Shown one piece after another: positions 59,857 to 64,000 of a DNA stretch of 64,000 nt. Positions within the stretch are counted from its first letter, which is position 1. Every line of letters begins with the position of its first letter. The notes beneath the pieces are model-generated. The model ran no database searches. It had not been told where the DNA came from and saw only the letters and a program-made list of their open reading frames with translations. The position numbers and the translations under genes are program-made. This stretch comes from a virus. Lineage: Duplodnaviria > Caudoviricetes. Where the stretch lies: IMG/VR virus record IMGVR_UViG_3300011423_000008, positions 7,760-71,759 of that record; one strand, written 5' to 3'.

Positions 59857-60414
59857 ATGCCAACACTATTACCATTCAGACAATATGACGAATTTGATGT
59901 AATTAATCTATTCGCGTACTCAGGCACTCACCCTGTCGCTCGGGGAACTTTCGTGCGTCCAGTTGCTTCCGGTTGGAGAACCGATGAAACTGACACGGAA
60001 TTTCTTGGCGCTCCCGGTGCTGCTTTCCCTAACACCGTATCTCTACGTTTCGGCACCATTCCTAAAGTTACAGCAGCGGGAACCGGTGAAAACGTTATTG
60101 GAATGCTTCTTTACGATATTAAAGAAACAGACGAAAACGGCGAAAAATTACTTTACAAGCCACAAAAAGCAGCCGAAATGCAAGTCGCGTTGAGCGGTAA
60201 CACTGTTCCGATTGCAACTGCCGGTATGTTTTTATGGTCTGGTACAATTAACGGAACTCTTGGTGCGGGCGTAGGTTTGTATCCAAGCGGTAACGGTGAT
60301 TTAACTACTAACCCTATCAATCAAGTAAAAAGCGTTGGTTATACCTTGGGTATGCCTAACGGTCTTGGCCACTCATTGATTCAACTTAACGTTGCAGCTA
60401 TTAAAGTTAACTAA
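59857..60414 (+). CDS. capsid decoration/auxiliary protein
   Basis: Beta-rich, between the protease and major capsid genes. Confidence 0.65.
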   Translation: MPTLLPFRQYDEFDVINLFAYSGTHPVARGTFVRPVASGWRTDETDTEFLGAPGAAFPNTVSLRFGTIPKVTAAGTGENVIGMLLYDIKETDENGEKLLYKPQKAAEMQVALSGNTVPIATAGMFLWSGTINGTLGAGVGLYPSGNGDLTTNPINQVKSVGYTLGMPNGLGHSLIQLNVAAIKVN

Positions 60415-60445
60415 TCAATAATTAATATTTAAAAATAATTACAAT

Positions 60446-61534
60446 ATGAAAATCAAATTTACAAATCCAGAACAAGTTGAGTTAGTAGCTCAAGCGGGAA
60501 GTAAAAATCGCGAAACCGCGATGCAAGCACAAGAAGCTTTGGCGGCGTTTATTCAACCAATCGCATTTAAAGTTCTTTCTGTTGCTGGTACATCTAACAA
60601 ACTTTATACGGACCTTTCGTATAATGAAGATGACTCCCCAAGTATTCCATTAGATTTATATTACAACGAAAAGGTTGGATATATTACCGTATGGAGCCAA
60701 TCAATTGCCGGTGGGTTGCCAACTAACGTTACAACTGGTATCGATGAATTGAAAATCGCGACCTATCGTTTGGACAGTGCCGCAAGCGTGTTGAAGAAAT
60801 ATGCTCGTCGCCACCGTTTAGATGTTGTTAGCAAAACTATTAGCAAAATGCTTAACGAAGTTTTGATCAAGCAAGAACGTAATGCATGGTCAGTTATTTT
60901 GAAGGCGTTAGCCGAAGCTCGCACCAATACTTTGGAACACGTTATCGATGCCACCGCTGATAATATTTTCCAATTAGACGACTTGAATCGTTTGATGACT
61001 CGTATTCGCCGCATTAATACTGCGTTTGATGGTAGCTCAACTAACGATATCGATAGCAAGGGTTTGACCGACTTGTTCGTAAGCCCTGAAATCGTGGAAC
61101 AAATTCGGGCGTTTGCTTATCAACCAATGAACACTCGCGGGGTGCCTAATAGCGATGAATCAACCGCTGTGCCGCTTCCTGATAGTATTCGCCAACAAGT
61201 TTTCCGTTCGGCTGGCGCTCAAGAAATCTACGGAGTTAGCATTACCGAAATGTTAGAACTTGGTGATAACGAAAAATACAACAGGTTGTTTGACAACTTC
61301 TATTCTGGAGCCGTGACAATGGCTCATGGAACCGACCAAATTCTTGTCGGGGCTGATTTAAGCCGCGAATGTTTGCTTCGCCCTATTGCGAAAAACGCTG
61401 ATAGTGGGTCTTCATTCGAAGTGTTACCTGATGACCAATACTTGACTCGCCAAGACAAGATGGGCTGGTATGGAAGTCTTGAAGAAGGACGTATCTGTAT
61501 CGACTCTCGCGGGTTGTGCGGTATCGTAGTCTAA
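60446..61534 (+). CDS. major capsid protein
   Basis: 362 aa; HK97-like C-terminus (DKMGWYGSLEEG); followed by a strong terminator. Confidence 0.8.
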   Translation: MKIKFTNPEQVELVAQAGSKNRETAMQAQEALAAFIQPIAFKVLSVAGTSNKLYTDLSYNEDDSPSIPLDLYYNEKVGYITVWSQSIAGGLPTNVTTGIDELKIATYRLDSAASVLKKYARRHRLDVVSKTISKMLNEVLIKQERNAWSVILKALAEARTNTLEHVIDATADNIFQLDDLNRLMTRIRRINTAFDGSSTNDIDSKGLTDLFVSPEIVEQIRAFAYQPMNTRGVPNSDESTAVPLPDSIRQQVFRSAGAQEIYGVSITEMLELGDNEKYNRLFDNFYSGAVTMAHGTDQILVGADLSRECLLRPIAKNADSGSSFEVLPDDQYLTRQDKMGWYGSLEEGRICIDSRGLCGIVV

Positions 61535-61553
61535 TCTAATTAAATTCAAAAAA

Positions 61554-61580
61554 GCCCGGAATGAAAATTCCGGGTTTTAT
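61554..61580 (+). terminator. intrinsic terminator
   Basis: GCCCGGAAT-GAAA-ATTCCGGGT-TTT. Confidence 0.9.
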
Positions 61581-61614
61581 TTTGTACTTATTTTTTCACA
61601 TTCCGTTTTAATTC

Positions 61615-61621
61615 GTGTAAA
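61615..61621 (+). promoter_or_regulatory. putative late promoter motif
   Basis: GTGTAAA. Confidence 0.5.
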
Positions 61622-61647
61622 GGCTTGTGACAATAAGGAATTAATTT

Positions 61648-61989
61648 ATGCCTAAAAAACTTAAAACATTAAAACAAGTAGATGGTAAAAAAGAAAATTT
61701 TAAACCTACGACTCTAGACCAAGTTTGGGGAGATACAGGTATTAGTAAGTATAACACCCTGCAAGAAACCGAATATACAGAACGTTTGAATAGTTATAAT
61801 AAAAGTGATTTGCAAGCTCATGCTATTTCAGTGGGATTAGTGCCGGTAGATGATCGAGATAGACTTACTCAAAGATTAGTAAAAGAATTTCGTAAACACG
61901 CTAATAATTATCGCATTCCTCAAACGGAAACAAATGTAAGTTCAAAAATTTCTCCAGAAATCAAAAAAATATTAGACGAGGGCCGATAA
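61648..61989 (+). CDS. hypothetical protein
   Basis: ATG ORF after the capsid gene. Confidence 0.75.
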   Translation: MPKKLKTLKQVDGKKENFKPTTLDQVWGDTGISKYNTLQETEYTERLNSYNKSDLQAHAISVGLVPVDDRDRLTQRLVKEFRKHANNYRIPQTETNVSSKISPEIKKILDEGR

Positions 61990-61993
61990 TTCG

Positions 61994-62000
61994 GTGTAAT
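61994..62000 (+). promoter_or_regulatory. putative late promoter motif
   Basis: GTGTAAT. Confidence 0.6.
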
Positions 62001-62017
62001 TAATATTAAGAATTTTT

Positions 62018-62575
62018 ATGGCCGCAACATTTCAATTTTGTGAAGATAATGGGGCTTCGGTTGGTCTTCCAGCCCGAGGCACAACTCGTACTACCGGTGT
62101 TACTCAAGTAAACTGGAAGTCCGCCGATGACGTAAACACGGTTTATAGTACTGTTCCTGTAACTGCCGGTCAAAATTCATACGAAAAATTCCAATTTGGA
62201 GTTTTTACAGGTAGTTATAACGAACTAAAATCCGGTATTTGGCAACACGTATCAGGAGCTTTTGGCGCGGGATTAACTTTAAAGGGTTATATTTCCGGGT
62301 CTGGTATTTATACTACGCCCGCTCAAGCAACAAACGCTAGTTTGTTATTTGATATGACTTCAACCGGTTTGTTATCTACTGGCTATACCGTAAGATTAGG
62401 GACGGAAGGCCCAAATTACACCGGAAAAGGCGTTAGTACAACTGGCGCGACCGTAGGAACTTGGGGGGCAACAGCTTATACAGAATATCTTGTTTCTCAA
62501 ATGCAAACTACCGTGGCAGCATCGGCTGGCGATACCACAACAGCGACCTTTACATTCCAATGGACGGAAAACTAA
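62018..62575 (+). CDS. virion structural protein
   Basis: Thr/Gly-rich beta protein; ends TFTFQWTEN. Confidence 0.7.
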   Translation: MAATFQFCEDNGASVGLPARGTTRTTGVTQVNWKSADDVNTVYSTVPVTAGQNSYEKFQFGVFTGSYNELKSGIWQHVSGAFGAGLTLKGYISGSGIYTTPAQATNASLLFDMTSTGLLSTGYTVRLGTEGPNYTGKGVSTTGATVGTWGATAYTEYLVSQMQTTVAASAGDTTTATFTFQWTEN

Positions 62576-62611
62576 AATAAAAAAACACATAATAACATAC
62601 TAATAAATGAA

Positions 62612-62643
62612 AGAGCCCCAATTTTGATTGGGGTTTCTTTTTT
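62612..62643 (+). terminator. intrinsic terminator
   Basis: GAGCCCCAAT/ATTGGGGTTTC + T tract. Confidence 0.8.
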
Positions 62644-62669
62644 TATCCTAATATTATTTATCATAACAT

Positions 62670-63062
62670 ATGAAGTATTTATTCACTGTTTTATTGACCA
62701 ATGGCGAGTATATTGAACAAACCGTAGAAGACCTTTCCAACAAGGCTTCTTATAAATCCACTTTTTATGATGTTTTAGAGGAAACTAAAACTGGCAACAA
62801 ACCCGTTATGTTTTGTTTGGTGGGCGAAGGCAACGATTATTTAGTTGATTTGCGCGACGGGCATTTTGAAGTAAATGGCCAAAGCGTCTATTTACACGAA
62901 CATGATAAAAGATTTACTGATTATCGTTTAATTTATTATAGGAAAATCACTAAGTTTTATAATCTGGTTTTTGAAGAAATTTTAGAGGAAACAGCATTTT
63001 ATTTCGGCTGGCAGGCAACAATAGACGGAGGAAATATCGAACGAGTCATGTTTATTAAATAA
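62670..63062 (+). CDS. hypothetical protein
   Basis: DLRDGHFEVNG...RLIYYR...GWQAT pattern. Confidence 0.75.
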   Translation: MKYLFTVLLTNGEYIEQTVEDLSNKASYKSTFYDVLEETKTGNKPVMFCLVGEGNDYLVDLRDGHFEVNGQSVYLHEHDKRFTDYRLIYYRKITKFYNLVFEEILEETAFYFGWQATIDGGNIERVMFIK

Positions 63063-63067
63063 TTTGC

Positions 63068-63074
63068 GTGTAAT
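63068..63074 (+). promoter_or_regulatory. putative late promoter motif
   Basis: GTGTAAT. Confidence 0.55.
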
Positions 63075-63175
63075 AATAACTAGCTTCCTCAATACAATGA
63101 GGCTGAAAATCATAACAGATTTCAAGCTAATTTTGTATAGAGGAATATAAATCATTTTATATTTCTTTTTATTTT

Positions 63176-63589
63176 ATGGCTGAGATATTAGTAAAAGCAA
63201 TTGATTCTGTCCATTCGGATTCTGCCAAAGATACTCGGGGGTCTTTTAAACGCGGAATGCCCGTAGTAGTTATGGATGATGGACATACTTGGGGGTCACA
63301 AGAAGGATTGCCGAAATTTGTTGTGTTAAAATTTCCATTAATCACAAAATCTCGCATAGAGAAGTATATTTCAAATTACGAATCGGGTACCGAAAAAATC
63401 CGCCCTCGTTTATGGCAAATTCGTTGGGCTGATTTGCCAGCGGCGGCAAGAAATAAACTTGCTAATTCGGGAGAGTTAATAATTAAAGCAACCGCATCTT
63501 ATAATGGACCCTCTGATTATACATGGGCACAAGTAAAAGGATATTTTAGAAATCTTTTAACTAACACGGACGAAACAGCAGACATTTAA
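63176..63589 (+). CDS. hypothetical late protein
   Basis: ATG ORF. Confidence 0.75.
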   Translation: MAEILVKAIDSVHSDSAKDTRGSFKRGMPVVVMDDGHTWGSQEGLPKFVVLKFPLITKSRIEKYISNYESGTEKIRPRLWQIRWADLPAAARNKLANSGELIIKATASYNGPSDYTWAQVKGYFRNLLTNTDETADI

Positions 63590-63592
63590 AGC

Positions 63593-64000
63593 ATGGCAAC
63601 GCAAAGACTCAGAACAGTTAAAACGAGCGCGGGTGATTATACCACTCTTGCGGCTGCTATTGTAGGAGAGGCGGACGATTTAGTAGCAGATGATGTATAT
63701 TTAACTATTGAATGTTATCCTATGTCCGATACTGCTCAAGTGGACGTAGATGGATTCACAACCGATGCAACCCGATACATTGAAATAAATTCGCCAGTTG
63801 GTAATAGACACGCAGGGACATGGAATACTTCCGTATATCGTTTAGAATGTACTGATGGGGCAGATAATTTACGTATTCAAGATTCGTTTGTAAGAATAAA
63901 TAGCTTGCAAATAAGGCGCATCTTGACCGGATCGGGATATGAAAGTGCTATCGTCCCTCGTTCGACTGTTGGTAACACCGCCAGAATTTATATTACTAAT
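63593..64000 (+). CDS. tail-fibre/beta-helix-like protein (truncated by the window edge)
   Basis: MATQRLRTVKTSAGDYTTLAAA... is open to the end of the window. Confidence 0.65.
   Translation, partial: MATQRLRTVKTSAGDYTTLAAAIVGEADDLVADDVYLTIECYPMSDTAQVDVDGFTTDATRYIEINSPVGNRHAGTWNTSVYRLECTDGADNLRIQDSFVRINSLQIRRILTGSGYESAIVPRSTVGNTARIYITN

Noticed and set aside
1-64000. Stop-codon reassignment
   Set aside because: Large genes are intact under code 11, all three stops terminate tiled ORFs, and no CTA/TTA/TCA suppressor tRNA was found.
1-64000. CRISPR array, rRNA, integrase or IS element
   Set aside because: No regularly spaced direct repeats, rRNA signatures or transposase/integrase motifs were seen.

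Overview
AT-rich 64-kb segment of a large tailed dsDNA phage (Caudoviricetes; terminase, portal, prohead protease and major capsid genes present). The host is probably diderm (lipoproteins, spanin-like and heptose-kinase genes). Three zones: (1) 1-26.9 kb, + strand, about 80 short mostly hypothetical early genes in cassettes, each driven by a near-consensus sigma70 promoter; 11 of 22 TTGACA boxes supply the TGA stop of the upstream gene and most transcripts look leaderless. Several promoter-proximal structured ncRNA candidates and two oversized tRNA-like RNAs lie in this zone. (2) 27.7-38 kb and 52.9-64 kb, late/morphogenesis genes preceded by a recurrent GTGTAA(T/A) motif, with a phage sigma factor at 34.2 kb. 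(3) 39-52.6 kb, - strand, an array of 32 anticodon-assignable tRNAs plus about 6 tRNA-like RNAs, interspersed with small CDSs and HNH nucleases. The most unusual signal is the tRNA repertoire: array-wide A18/G55 covariation, D-armless tRNAs, two tRNA-Arg whose D-loop appears relocated into the variable arm, class-I tRNAs with long variable arms, Leu tRNAs without them, mimics with 6-nt anticodon loops, and 156-201 nt tRNA-like RNAs with large inserted domains. All folds were derived by eye; no database search or folding software was run.
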